Shown: positions 29,960 to 38,310 of the stretch, piece by piece
How the letters are laid out: every line of letters begins with the position of its first letter
Numbering within the stretch: position 1 is the first letter of the stretch
Assembly: GCA_045627865.1 (NCBI GenBank)
Contig: JAZQOK010000003.1
Location: forward strand, 4,316-68,315
Direction: 5' to 3'
DNA length: 64,000 bases
Source: Bacteroidales bacterium
GTDB taxonomy: Bacteria > Bacteroidota > Bacteroidia > Bacteroidales > UBA3663
Notes under the pieces: generated by a model
The model's database searches: none
Told to the model about the DNA's origin: nothing
The model's input: the letters and a program-made list of their open reading frames with translations, nothing else
Translations under genes and position numbers: made by a program

Positions 29960-30565
29960 TCATCGCAAAGATACTATTTTTTCGCGTATTGTCAAAATAT
30001 CTGTATTGCTTTCATCTGTTTCAAACAAAAGACGTTCCAGAGGAATAAGTCTTGCCACCTCGGGATTGAATTTTTCGCCTAAAGAGATCTGAAAGCCTGC
30101 TTTGAGCAGCTGCTGAGCTAATTGCGGCCCTTTGCGATAGCCGTGGATGATTGCCCCACCCCATTCCTCTCCCGTCGGGAGTGGGTAATATTCTTTGACA
30201 TAAGCCATCATTTCTGCCCAATATCCCACACAATGGATGATGACGGGCAGATGCATTTCTTGCGCCACCTGAAGTGCTGTCTTAAAAGCAGTTAGCTGAA
30301 GCTCTAACGGCACACCACATTGGTTGTCCAATCCGCATTCGCCAATGGCCAGCAGATTGGGATTGCCTGCCAGACGTTGGGCGACCTTAAGAAACTCCTT
30401 TTCCTTTATCCCTTTTCCTTTATCCTTTTCTATCTGCCACGGATGCAGTTCAAGGCTGAACGGGGTTTCGCAACCCGATAAGGCAACATCGGCAGGAAGG
30501 GACAATAGTGCCTCTTGGTGCCCTGGATGATGGGTATGGATGTCGAGCAGGTTTTGTATCTTCAT
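29960..30565 (-). CDS. tatD: TatD-family hydrolase
   Basis: DIHTH, LHPW, IGECGLD, IIHC, IHG, ETD. Confidence 0.88.
   Translation of the reverse strand: MKIQNLLDIHTHHPGHQEALLSLPADVALSGCETPFSLELHPWQIEKDKGKGIKEKEFLKVAQRLAGNPNLLAIGECGLDNQCGVPLELQLTAFKTALQVAQEMHLPVIIHCVGYWAEMMAYVKEYYPLPTGEEWGGAIIHGYRKGPQLAQQLLKAGFQISLGEKFNPEVARLIPLERLLFETDESNTDILTIREKIVSLR
30153..30185. repeat. C/G palindromic element in frame within tatD (PLPTGEEWGG)
   Basis: gccccaccccat-tcct-ctccc-gtc-gggag-tggg. Confidence 0.75.
30396..30430. repeat. In-frame heptamer repeat CCTTTWT in tatD (EKDKGKGIKEKE)
   Basis: tcctttt cctttat ccctttt cctttat ccttttc; same unit as 40081-40108. Confidence 0.7.
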
Positions 30566-30708
30566 GCGGTGCAAAGGTAGGGATTTTCCGTGATTTCGCC
30601 AAATTATTCATCTTGAATGTATATTTTTTCGACCCTTTATTTGGAAAATAAAGCAGAAATGATTATCTTTGCGCCCATAACTGTAAAACACTCCTTATAC
30701 CGTCAATC

Positions 30709-33357
30709 ATGCAAGAAGACGAAGAAATCATTAACAGCAACGAAGAAGAAATAAGCGAAAGCAATACCAGTTATATGCCACACAACGATGATGAGGTCGG
30801 CGAAGACAAGATCCATCACTTGGGCGGTATGTATCAGAACTGGTTCCTTGACTATGCGAGCTATGTTATTCTGGAACGAGCCGTACCGCACATGGTGGAT
30901 GGCTTGAAGCCAGTGCAGCGTCGTATCCTACATGCCATGAATGTAATTGATGATGGCCGTTACAACAAAGTTGCGAACATTGTCGGACAGACTATGCAGT
31001 ATCACCCTCATGGCGATGCTTCCATCGGTGATGCTCTGGTTCAGATGGGCCAGAAAAATCTTCTGATCGATACGCAGGGCAACTGGGGCAATATCCTGAC
31101 GGGCGACGATGCTGCCGCTCCACGATACATTGAGGCACGACTCTCGAAGTTCGCGCTCGAAGTGGTGTTCAACAACAAGATCACTCCATGGCAGTTGTCG
31201 TACGATGGCCGTAAGAAGGAGCCTATCAACCTGCCAATCAAGTTCCCTTTGCTGTTGGCGCAGGGTGTTGAGGGCATTGCCGTAGGTTTGTCGTCGAAGA
31301 TTCTGCCCCACAACTTCAACGAACTGTTGGACGCCTCGATTGCCTATCTGCGTGGCGAGGAGTTCCAGATCTTCCCGGATTTCCCGACCGGAGGTTTGAT
31401 TGATGTCAGCAAGTATCATGACGGACAGCGTGGTGGTTCGGTCAAGATCCGTAGCCGTATCGAGAAGATTGACCAGAAGACACTCCGAATTCTGGATGTT
31501 CCATTTGGCAAAACTACCGACTCTCTGCTCGAATCGATCAAGAAGGCCAACGATAAGGGCAAGATCAAGATCCGTAAGTTCGACGACTTTACGGCCGATC
31601 ATGCCGAGATTGTTGTACACTTGATGCCGGGTGTATCGAGCGACAAAACCATCGACGCACTCTATGCCTTTACCGATTGTGAGGTTTCGATTTCTCCGAA
31701 CTGCTGTGTTATTTACGACAAGAAGCCGCACTTCCTGACCGTGAGTGAGGTGCTGCGTCGCTCGGCCGAGAATACCAAGGATCTGCTCCGTCAGGAACTC
31801 GAGGTGCAGAAGGGAGAGTTGCTGGAGCATCTGATGACGATCTCGCTCGAAAAGATCTTCATCGAGGAACGAATCTACAAGGACAAGGAATTTGAGTTGG
31901 CCAAGGATATTGATTCAGCTTTGTCGCACATCGACAAGCGCTTGGAACCTTACAAACCGAACTTTGTTCGCGAGGTGACACGCGATGACCTGCTTCGATT
32001 GGAGGATATCAAGATGGCACGTATCCACCGTTTCAGCAGCGATAAGGCCGACGAAGATATTGCCAACACCAAGAAGAAGATCAAAGACATCGACAAGAAA
32101 CTGAAGCATCTGGTCGATTATACTGTCGAGTGGTTCGAGCATCTGAAGGAGAAGTATGGTAAGGATCATCCACGTCAGACAGAGATCCGTAACTTCGATT
32201 CAGTAGATGCTTCGAAGGTCATCGAGAGCAACCTGAAACTCTACTTCAACGAAACCGACGGTTTCATCGGAACAGGTTTGAAACCTTCGGAATCCAGCTT
32301 CATCTGCAACTGTTCGGAGATCGATGAGATTCTCGTCATCTATAAATCCGGTCAGTACAAGGTGGTCAAGGTAGCCGACAAGATCTTTGTCGATAAGGAT
32401 GTGCTCTACATCAACGTCTATCGCAAGAGCGACCAGCGTACCACGTACAATGTCGTGTATCGCGATGGTAAGGGCGCCATGGCACCTTACTACATCAAGC
32501 GTTTCAACATCACTTCGGTACAGCGTGACAAGGTCTATGACCTGACTTTGGGCACACCGGGATCGAAGGTGGTTTACTTCTCGGCCAACCTGAATGGCGA
32601 AGCTGAGGTGCTTAAGATAACCATCAAGAGTTTGAACAAGGTGGCTCATACCAAGAGTTTTGAGCGTAACTTTGCCGAGGTACCGATCCGTGGACGTGGT
32701 ACCAAGGGCTTGCTTCTGACTCGTGCCGAAGTGAAGAGCATTACCGTCAAGGAGCATGGTGGTTCGACCTTAGGTGGCCGTCCAGTATGGTGGGATAGCG
32801 ATGTACATCGCATCAACTACGACAAACAGGGTCAGTATCTGGGCGAGTTCCAGAGCGATGACCGTATTCTGGTGGTATTGGATAACTATGAGTATTATCT
32901 CACAACCTTCGATGATTCCAACCACTACGAGACGAACATCTACCGTATCGAGAAGTATGATCCGAACAAGGTTTGGACTATTGTCATGAAGGATTGGGAG
33001 ACTGGTTTGCACAACCTGAAACGATTCACTCTCGATGCCAAGCCTACTCGTCAGAGCATGTTGGGTGAGCCTAAACGATTCTCGTTTGGATTCTTGACCG
33101 ATACGCCATATCCACGTCTGAAGTTCACTTTCGCCAAACCGGATGATTTCCGTGCTCCGATTGAGATTGAGGCTGAAGAGTTCATTCAGGCTAAGAGTGT
33201 AGGCACCAAGGGCAAGAAGGTGGCCAACTGGAAAGTCGCATCGATTGTAGAACTTGCGCCAACCCGTGTGCCTGAAAATGAGACCGAAACTCCAAACGAA
33301 AACGAAAATGCTGATGGAGATGAAGAAACTCCTGCTGATCCTGAGTCTTTGTTCTAA
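30709..33357 (+). CDS. parC: DNA topoisomerase IV subunit A (Bacteroidetes type)
   Basis: DGLKPVQRR, YHPHGDAS, AAPRYIEARL catalytic Tyr; -7 box at 30664-30671. Confidence 0.93.
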   Translation: MQEDEEIINSNEEEISESNTSYMPHNDDEVGEDKIHHLGGMYQNWFLDYASYVILERAVPHMVDGLKPVQRRILHAMNVIDDGRYNKVANIVGQTMQYHPHGDASIGDALVQMGQKNLLIDTQGNWGNILTGDDAAAPRYIEARLSKFALEVVFNNKITPWQLSYDGRKKEPINLPIKFPLLLAQGVEGIAVGLSSKILPHNFNELLDASIAYLRGEEFQIFPDFPTGGLIDVSKYHDGQRGGSVKIRSRIEKIDQKTLRILDVPFGKTTDSLLESIKKANDKGKIKIRKFDDFTADHAEIVVHLMPGVSSDKTIDALYAFTDCEVSISPNCCVIYDKKPHFLTVSEVLRRSAENTKDLLRQELEVQKGELLEHLMTISLEKIFIEERIYKDKEFELAKDIDSALSHIDKRLEPYKPNFVREVTRDDLLRLEDIKMARIHRFSSDKADEDIANTKKKIKDIDKKLKHLVDYTVEWFEHLKEKYGKDHPRQTEIRNFDSVDASKVIESNLKLYFNETDGFIGTGLKPSESSFICNCSEIDEILVIYKSGQYKVVKVADKIFVDKDVLYINVYRKSDQRTTYNVVYRDGKGAMAPYYIKRFNITSVQRDKVYDLTLGTPGSKVVYFSANLNGEAEVLKITIKSLNKVAHTKSFERNFAEVPIRGRGTKGLLLTRAEVKSITVKEHGGSTLGGRPVWWDSDVHRINYDKQGQYLGEFQSDDRILVVLDNYEYYLTTFDDSNHYETNIYRIEKYDPNKVWTIVMKDWETGLHNLKRFTLDAKPTRQSMLGEPKRFSFGFLTDTPYPRLKFTFAKPDDFRAPIEIEAEEFIQAKSVGTKGKKVANWKVASIVELAPTRVPENETETPNENENADGDEETPADPESLF

Positions 33358-34183
33358 TCTTTGCCAGTTGGCAGTGGCCCAAGAGGATGAACTTGATCCT
33401 CTCTTTTCCCGTGGACCCGTAGAACGACCAGTTACTTCTTCGCTCTCTATGGGTGGCGGCAAGGGCAATCAGCGTGATACCTATCTGACTAACTTGCATT
33501 ACGAGGGTGTTGCGCTGGATGTTCATTATGACCGTACCAGAATGATGCGTCAGATGCGCTGGAATAATATCCAGACCATCGATGTCTCGTTGATGGATGG
33601 TGATGATCAGCAGGCCGGTCTTTCGTCTGTTATGGCAGGCCGGTTTCGTTACCGCTTTGCTATGCACAAGGTTTGGTCGATGGATCGATACAGTTTCTTT
33701 GTGGGACCTTATGCGGGCTTGGATCTCGGCTTTAATTATAATCTCAAGATGGCTGGCGGAAATAATCCAGCTACTGCTCGTTTGACTGAGAACTTCGGTG
33801 TATCAGGAGGTTCCAGTTGGACGTATAGCATTCGTCGTCAACCTTGCAAGCTGGACCTCATGGTGCAGATGCCTCTTGTAGGTAGTGCCTTGGTGCCGGA
33901 GTATGGTGCTTCGTACTATGAGTCTTTCTATCTTGAAGAACCCACCAAAGCTTTCCATTTTACTTCATTGCATAACCAGCAGGATCTGGATGTTCGTCTG
34001 ACGACAGATTTGCCTGTATCTATTATTCCATGGTTCAGTCGCTATGGTAATTCCTTGCGTGTTGGCGTTGCTTATCATATCGAGACCATGGATATCAATA
34101 ATATCATTACACGTTACTCTACTTTCCAGTTTATCTTGGGTTGGACGTGGCAGTATTTACCCTATAAAACTCCACGTCCATGA
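33320..34183 (+). CDS. DUF3316-like outer-membrane beta-barrel protein
   Basis: Signal peptide MKKLLLILSL, DTYLT..Y.G, GNNPATA, PEYGASYYE; overlaps the end of parC by 38 bp. Confidence 0.65.
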   Translation: MKKLLLILSLCSNLCQLAVAQEDELDPLFSRGPVERPVTSSLSMGGGKGNQRDTYLTNLHYEGVALDVHYDRTRMMRQMRWNNIQTIDVSLMDGDDQQAGLSSVMAGRFRYRFAMHKVWSMDRYSFFVGPYAGLDLGFNYNLKMAGGNNPATARLTENFGVSGGSSWTYSIRRQPCKLDLMVQMPLVGSALVPEYGASYYESFYLEEPTKAFHFTSLHNQQDLDVRLTTDLPVSIIPWFSRYGNSLRVGVAYHIETMDINNIITRYSTFQFILGWTWQYLPYKTPRP

Positions 34184-35292
34184 AAAAGACTTTATGGTTT
34201 TCGTTATCGTTAGGGTTATCGTTATCGTTGCTAACCTCCTGCTTGGACGACGATTCGTTGGAACAGGAGAATTCCTATGTGGGTAACTTCGAAGCCTGCT
34301 GGCAGGCAATGGACGAACACTATTGCTTCTTCCGCGAGAAGAATGTAGATTGGGATGCTGTCTATCGTGCCTATAAACCCTATTTTAGCGATTCGGTTCA
34401 ATCTCAATATGAAGAGTTTTCGTTGATGGCTCAGATGTTGGCAGAGGTACGTGATGGTCATGTCAATCTGTATAGTCCTTTCAATTCAGCACGTTATTGG
34501 AAATGGTTTGAAGATTATCCTCAGAACTTTGATGAAAATCTGCTGAAGCGCTACTATCTCGGGTCGAACTATTTGATGGCATCGGGTATGCAGTTCGGCC
34601 AGTTCAAAGATACGATTGCTTATCTGCGTTACCCCTCGTTTTCATCGACAGTTGGAGCAACCAATCTGGATTATGTCCTGTCGCTCCTGCATAATGCAAA
34701 AGGACTTATTATCGATGTACGTGACAATGGTGGGGGTGCATTGACCAATGTACCTATTCTTGCTAACCGCTTCTGTACAGATAAGACGATTTATAGTTAT
34801 ATTTGTCACAAGACAGGTAAGGGTCACGACGAATTCTCCGAACCACAACCACTTTATCTAGAACCGCAATCGGATCGTGTTTCGTGGGATGCCTCCGTCC
34901 AACCAGTGGTTATCTTGACAAACCGCTCTTGCTATAGTGCCACAAACAACTTTGTGGCTGCTATGAAGTCGTTGGATGGAACTATGACCCCAGATTCGTT
35001 AGGCCAGATGTACCCGAAAATGATTAAGACGCTGGGTGACCGTACTGGCGGTGGTGGTGGAATGCCATTAGAAACGGTTTTGCCCAATGGTTGGGTGCTG
35101 CGTTTCTCGGCTTGTCCAATTATGGACAGCAACAAACATCAGGTCGAAGAGGGTATTGATCCGGATTTCAAAGTCGATATGGATAGCCTCAGAATGTTCA
35201 ATAATCATATTGATGATATTATTGATTCTGCTCGCGCGTACATTAATGAATATACGCGTAAAGAGTATCCAAAGAAAAAAGACGCCAAATAA
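34180..35292 (+). CDS. S41-family peptidase lipoprotein (tricorn C1-like domain)
   Basis: Lipobox LTSC, NFEACW..MDEHYCFF, DGHVNL, IDVRDNGGG, YSA, TGGGGG, GIDPD. Confidence 0.88.
   Translation: MKKTLWFSLSLGLSLSLLTSCLDDDSLEQENSYVGNFEACWQAMDEHYCFFREKNVDWDAVYRAYKPYFSDSVQSQYEEFSLMAQMLAEVRDGHVNLYSPFNSARYWKWFEDYPQNFDENLLKRYYLGSNYLMASGMQFGQFKDTIAYLRYPSFSSTVGATNLDYVLSLLHNAKGLIIDVRDNGGGALTNVPILANRFCTDKTIYSYICHKTGKGHDEFSEPQPLYLEPQSDRVSWDASVQPVVILTNRSCYSATNNFVAAMKSLDGTMTPDSLGQMYPKMIKTLGDRTGGGGGMPLETVLPNGWVLRFSACPIMDSNKHQVEEGIDPDFKVDMDSLRMFNNHIDDIIDSARAYINEYTRKEYPKKKDAK
34201..34230. repeat. Hexamer repeat TCGTTA in the signal-peptide coding region (SLSLGLSLSL)
   Basis: tcgtta tcgtta gggtta tcgtta tcgttg. 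Confidence 0.65.
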
Positions 35293-35340
35293 TTTGGTAG
35301 TTTCAATTAATATGCGTATCTTTGCGCCCACAAAACTCCT

Positions 35341-35422
35341 GCGGGAGTGTTGAAATTGGTAGACAAGCCAGACTTAGGATCTGGTGCCGTGAGGCGTGTG
35401 GGTTCGAGTCCCACCTTCCGTA
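35341..35422 (+). tRNA. tRNA-Leu (anticodon TAG)
   Basis: Acceptor GCGGGAG/CTTCCGT, anticodon arm ccaga-ctTAGga-tctgg, long variable arm, T arm gtggg-ttcgagt-cccac; -7 box at 35317-35324. Confidence 0.96.
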
Positions 35423-35424
35423 CA

Positions 35425-35462
35425 GACCCCATACCTGCATTGGTATGGGGTTTTGTATTTTT
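35425..35462 (+). terminator. Intrinsic terminator after tRNA-Leu
   Basis: accccatacc-tgcatt-ggtatggggt followed by T-rich tract. Confidence 0.8.
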
Positions 35463-35466
35463 GGTT

Positions 35467-35571
35467 CCGTGAGGCGTGTGGGTTGCTCCCTTTGGTCGCG
35501 CGCAAGCGGAAGCTCCCTTTGGTCGCGCGCTTTGCGGAACGAGTCCCACCTTCCGTACAGACCCCATACCT
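35467..35571 (+). repeat. Duplicated tRNA-Leu 3' half with a 55-bp two-unit insert in the T-loop
   Basis: ccgtgaggcgtgtgggtt and cgagtcccaccttccgtacagaccccatacct match the tRNA region, separated by gctccctttggtcgcgcgc-aagcggaa and gctccctttggtcgcgcgc-tttgcggaa. Confidence 0.9.
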
Positions 35572-35596
35572 AGAATTAGGTGTGGGGCTTTTTTTT
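35561..35596 (+). terminator. Second, diverged copy of the terminator
   Basis: ccccatacct-agaatt-aggtgtgggg followed by a T run. Confidence 0.75.
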
Positions 35597-35684
35597 GTGT
35601 CTCTGGTGCCTTTTTACCTATTTTTGCGTATTGTACTAACTAAAAATAAGCCGTACCTTTGCGCCGTCAAAATCAATAATAATT

Positions 35685-37064
35685 ATGAATTGCGGAATCA
35701 AAGGTATCATAATGGCCATTGTAGCCTTGGGAATCGCCACACCTGTGGCAGGTGAGGAATCGGCCGATCAAGCTATAGAAGTGGATGCTGTCACTTCGGC
35801 CACACAGCAAAAGCGTCGTCTCACATTGGGTGGTTATGGAGAGGCCGTGATGACCCGTAACTTCTATTCCGATAATATCTATCGTTATTCCCGTCCTTAT
35901 GAACATAAGGATGATGATTCGCATGGCCGTTTCGACTTGCCTCATGTGGTGATCAACCTTGGTTATGACTTTGGCAAAGGCTGGACGATGGGTACAGAAA
36001 TAGAGTTCGAACATGGCGGTACGGAATCGGCTGTCGAGATGGATGCGGACGAAGCTGGTGAATATGAAGCCGAGGTTGAAAAAGGTGGAGAGGTGGCTTT
36101 GGAACAGTTCTGGATTAATTATAAGTTCCAGCATCTTCCTCTGAATATTCGTGCGGGTGAGATTATTGTTCCTGTGGGTGCTGTGAATGCTTATCACATG
36201 CCTAACGAGTTCTTTACGGTTTATCGTCCGGAGGGAGAGGCAAACATCCTTCCAAACACCTGGCATCAAACAGGTATCTCGTTGTGGGGTCGTACCAAAC
36301 AATGGCGTTACGAGGCGCAGTTCCTCTCAGGTTTGGATTCAGAACGTTTTGGTTCGGATTGTTTTGTCCACTATGGTGCTAATTCTCCTTATGAATTCAA
36401 GATTGCCAATACTTATGCAGGTGCTTTGCGTATCGATAATTATAGTGTCAAGGGATTGCGTTTGAGTGCCAGTGGCTATGTTGGCAATACGTTCTCGAAT
36501 ACTTTGCGTAGTCGCAGCAGTAAGTACGCAGATGTGAAGGGAACCTTGTGCATCGGAGCCTTCGATTTTCAGTATAAGAACCGGCACGTTACCTTGCGTG
36601 GAAACTTTGATTGGGCACACTTGAGTGATGCCAATCAGATTACCGCTTTCAACAAGAACTTCCCAACTCATTCTGGACAAGATGGTTCGCCGTCCAAACA
36701 TCAGCCAGTAGCCAGCGATGCTTGTGCTTATGCCATGGAGGCAGGATGGAACCTGTTTGCTTTGGGCGGTGTCTCGAAACTACAGAACCAGAATCTGTAC
36801 CTCTTCGGCCGATATGAGTACTACAATTCGATGCAGAAAGGCCAGCAGAGTGATGCCTACGGGTGGTGCCAGAAGAAACGTTTGGCTGTGGGTATAAATT
36901 ATATGCCGATCAAAGAGATTATTGTCAAGGCAGAGTTTTCGGAACGTTACTTTGATCATACAGGCCGGAACTATACCACCTCTTCGGGGGCAACTTATCC
37001 TTTGGAATACAACAACGAACCCAGTGTGAGCGTTGGTATTACCTACTGTGGTTGGTTCAAATAA
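35685..37064 (+). CDS. Outer-membrane porin-like protein of imelysin loci
   Basis: LGGYGE, EIEFEHGG, GEVALEQF, TVYRPEGE, PNTWH; signal peptide; -7 box at 35654-35661. Confidence 0.75.
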   Translation: MNCGIKGIIMAIVALGIATPVAGEESADQAIEVDAVTSATQQKRRLTLGGYGEAVMTRNFYSDNIYRYSRPYEHKDDDSHGRFDLPHVVINLGYDFGKGWTMGTEIEFEHGGTESAVEMDADEAGEYEAEVEKGGEVALEQFWINYKFQHLPLNIRAGEIIVPVGAVNAYHMPNEFFTVYRPEGEANILPNTWHQTGISLWGRTKQWRYEAQFLSGLDSERFGSDCFVHYGANSPYEFKIANTYAGALRIDNYSVKGLRLSASGYVGNTFSNTLRSRSSKYADVKGTLCIGAFDFQYKNRHVTLRGNFDWAHLSDANQITAFNKNFPTHSGQDGSPSKHQPVASDACAYAMEAGWNLFALGGVSKLQNQNLYLFGRYEYYNSMQKGQQSDAYGWCQKKRLAVGINYMPIKEIIVKAEFSERYFDHTGRNYTTSSGATYPLEYNNEPSVSVGITYCGWFK

Positions 37065-37096
37065 TGTCAAAATCAATTAAAAAAATAATTACAACA

Positions 37097-38212
37097 ATGA
37101 AAATGAATTGGAAGAATCTGCTTACCATGGTCTTGATGACCGGTGCAGCTATGAGTGTAACCTCATGTGATGACGATGATGTGAAAGAAACAGAAGATCA
37201 AGCACTCAAACTGGTTAATGCTAATTTTGTAGATGCAACCGTTGTCCCTACTTATAATGGATTGGTTGAAACTACTGCCGAGATGATCAAGGCGCTCGAA
37301 GCCGGCAAGATAGCAGAGGCAGGTCAGGCTTGGAAACAGTCACGCCAGTATTGGGAGTGGTCGGAGGCTTTCCTTTTTGGTGCCGCTTCCGGTTATGGTA
37401 TTGATCCGCACATTGACACATGGCCATTTGATGCAGCCGCATTCAATAACAATATGTCGAAGTATAACCCTTCGGAGAATGAAGCTGATGCAGCTAACAT
37501 GGAGGAGATTATTGCTACAGGACAGGGTTTGACCGGCTTCCATGCCGTAGAGTATATTCTGTTCCGTGAAGGACAGATTCGTACAGAGTTGTCCGATAAT
37601 GAATTTTGGTTTGCTAAAGCTGCCGCTAACGATCTCTATCTTTCTGCCTTGAAACTTGTGATGGCTTGGGGCGGTGAGCTGACCAAAGAGCAGGAGGCAA
37701 TCCTTGAGGAGGCAGAGTTCGAGTGCGATGATTTTTGCGAGGAGTTCAAGAATGCAGGTCAGGCAGGTTCACGTTGGAAGACCGTCACGGGTGCCTCTGT
37801 GCAGATTATCGAAGGTTGCCAGAACATTATCGACGAGGTGGCTCATTCCAAGATTGGTGCTCCTTATACTGGCGAAGATACCAACTATATTGAGTCGCCA
37901 CATGCCTACAATTCTATTCAGGACTTCTACGACAATATTCAGTCTTGTCGTCATGCCCTCTATGGATTGACTCCTGATGCCGGTAATAATGCTACGCCTG
38001 CTGCCAAGTCTCTGATCGCCTATACATTGGTCAAATATCCGGCTGAGACGGCCAAGGCTCAGGCAGCACTCGAAGCCTCTTTGCTTGCCATCAATGCTAT
38101 GCCAAAGCCTTTTGTGCTTAATTTTCAGGATCCCAAAGTCGGTCTTGCTATTAAGGCCCTCGAAGAGTTGGATGAAGCACTTTCTGAATTGAAGAGCAAA
38201 CTTGCAGAATAA
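37097..38212 (+). CDS. Imelysin-family (peptidase M75 / IrpA-like) lipoprotein
   Basis: Lipobox VTSC-DDDD, WEWSEAFLFG, IDTWP, GFHAVE (GxHxxE), ESPHAYNS. Confidence 0.88.
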   Translation: MKMNWKNLLTMVLMTGAAMSVTSCDDDDVKETEDQALKLVNANFVDATVVPTYNGLVETTAEMIKALEAGKIAEAGQAWKQSRQYWEWSEAFLFGAASGYGIDPHIDTWPFDAAAFNNNMSKYNPSENEADAANMEEIIATGQGLTGFHAVEYILFREGQIRTELSDNEFWFAKAAANDLYLSALKLVMAWGGELTKEQEAILEEAEFECDDFCEEFKNAGQAGSRWKTVTGASVQIIEGCQNIIDEVAHSKIGAPYTGEDTNYIESPHAYNSIQDFYDNIQSCRHALYGLTPDAGNNATPAAKSLIAYTLVKYPAETAKAQAALEASLLAINAMPKPFVLNFQDPKVGLAIKALEELDEALSELKSKLAE

Positions 38213-38242
38213 ATACTACTACAATACCTATTTTTTTCGCCA

Positions 38243-38282
38243 CCAGATGCCTTTCTTGGGCATCTGGGTTTGGTATTTTTTT
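38243..38282 (+). terminator. Stem-loop between imelysin and di-heme genes (terminator or stabilising hairpin)
   Basis: ccagatgcc-tttcttg-ggcatctgg followed by T-rich tract. Confidence 0.55.
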
Positions 38283-38310
38283 CGATCGTTCATTAATACT
38301 TTTTATATCT

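Noticed and set aside
27158-30048. Long antisense ORFs (401 aa at 27158-28363, 380 aa at 28906-30048) and similar ones elsewhere
   Set aside because: They are shadows of well-supported genes on the opposite strand, explained by codon bias, and show no motifs.
35485-35539. Possible CRISPR mini-array
   Set aside because: Only two adjacent units, no spacer-length unique sequence and no cas genes.
35467-35556. Second functional tRNA or intron-containing tRNA
   Set aside because: It lacks the 5' acceptor strand, D arm and anticodon arm.
35668-35692. Fur box upstream of the porin gene
   Set aside because: AATAATAATTAT is only generically AT-rich and is a poor match to the 19-bp consensus.
35307-35755. 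Short ORFs across the tRNA region
   Set aside because: They are translations of the tRNA and its duplicate.
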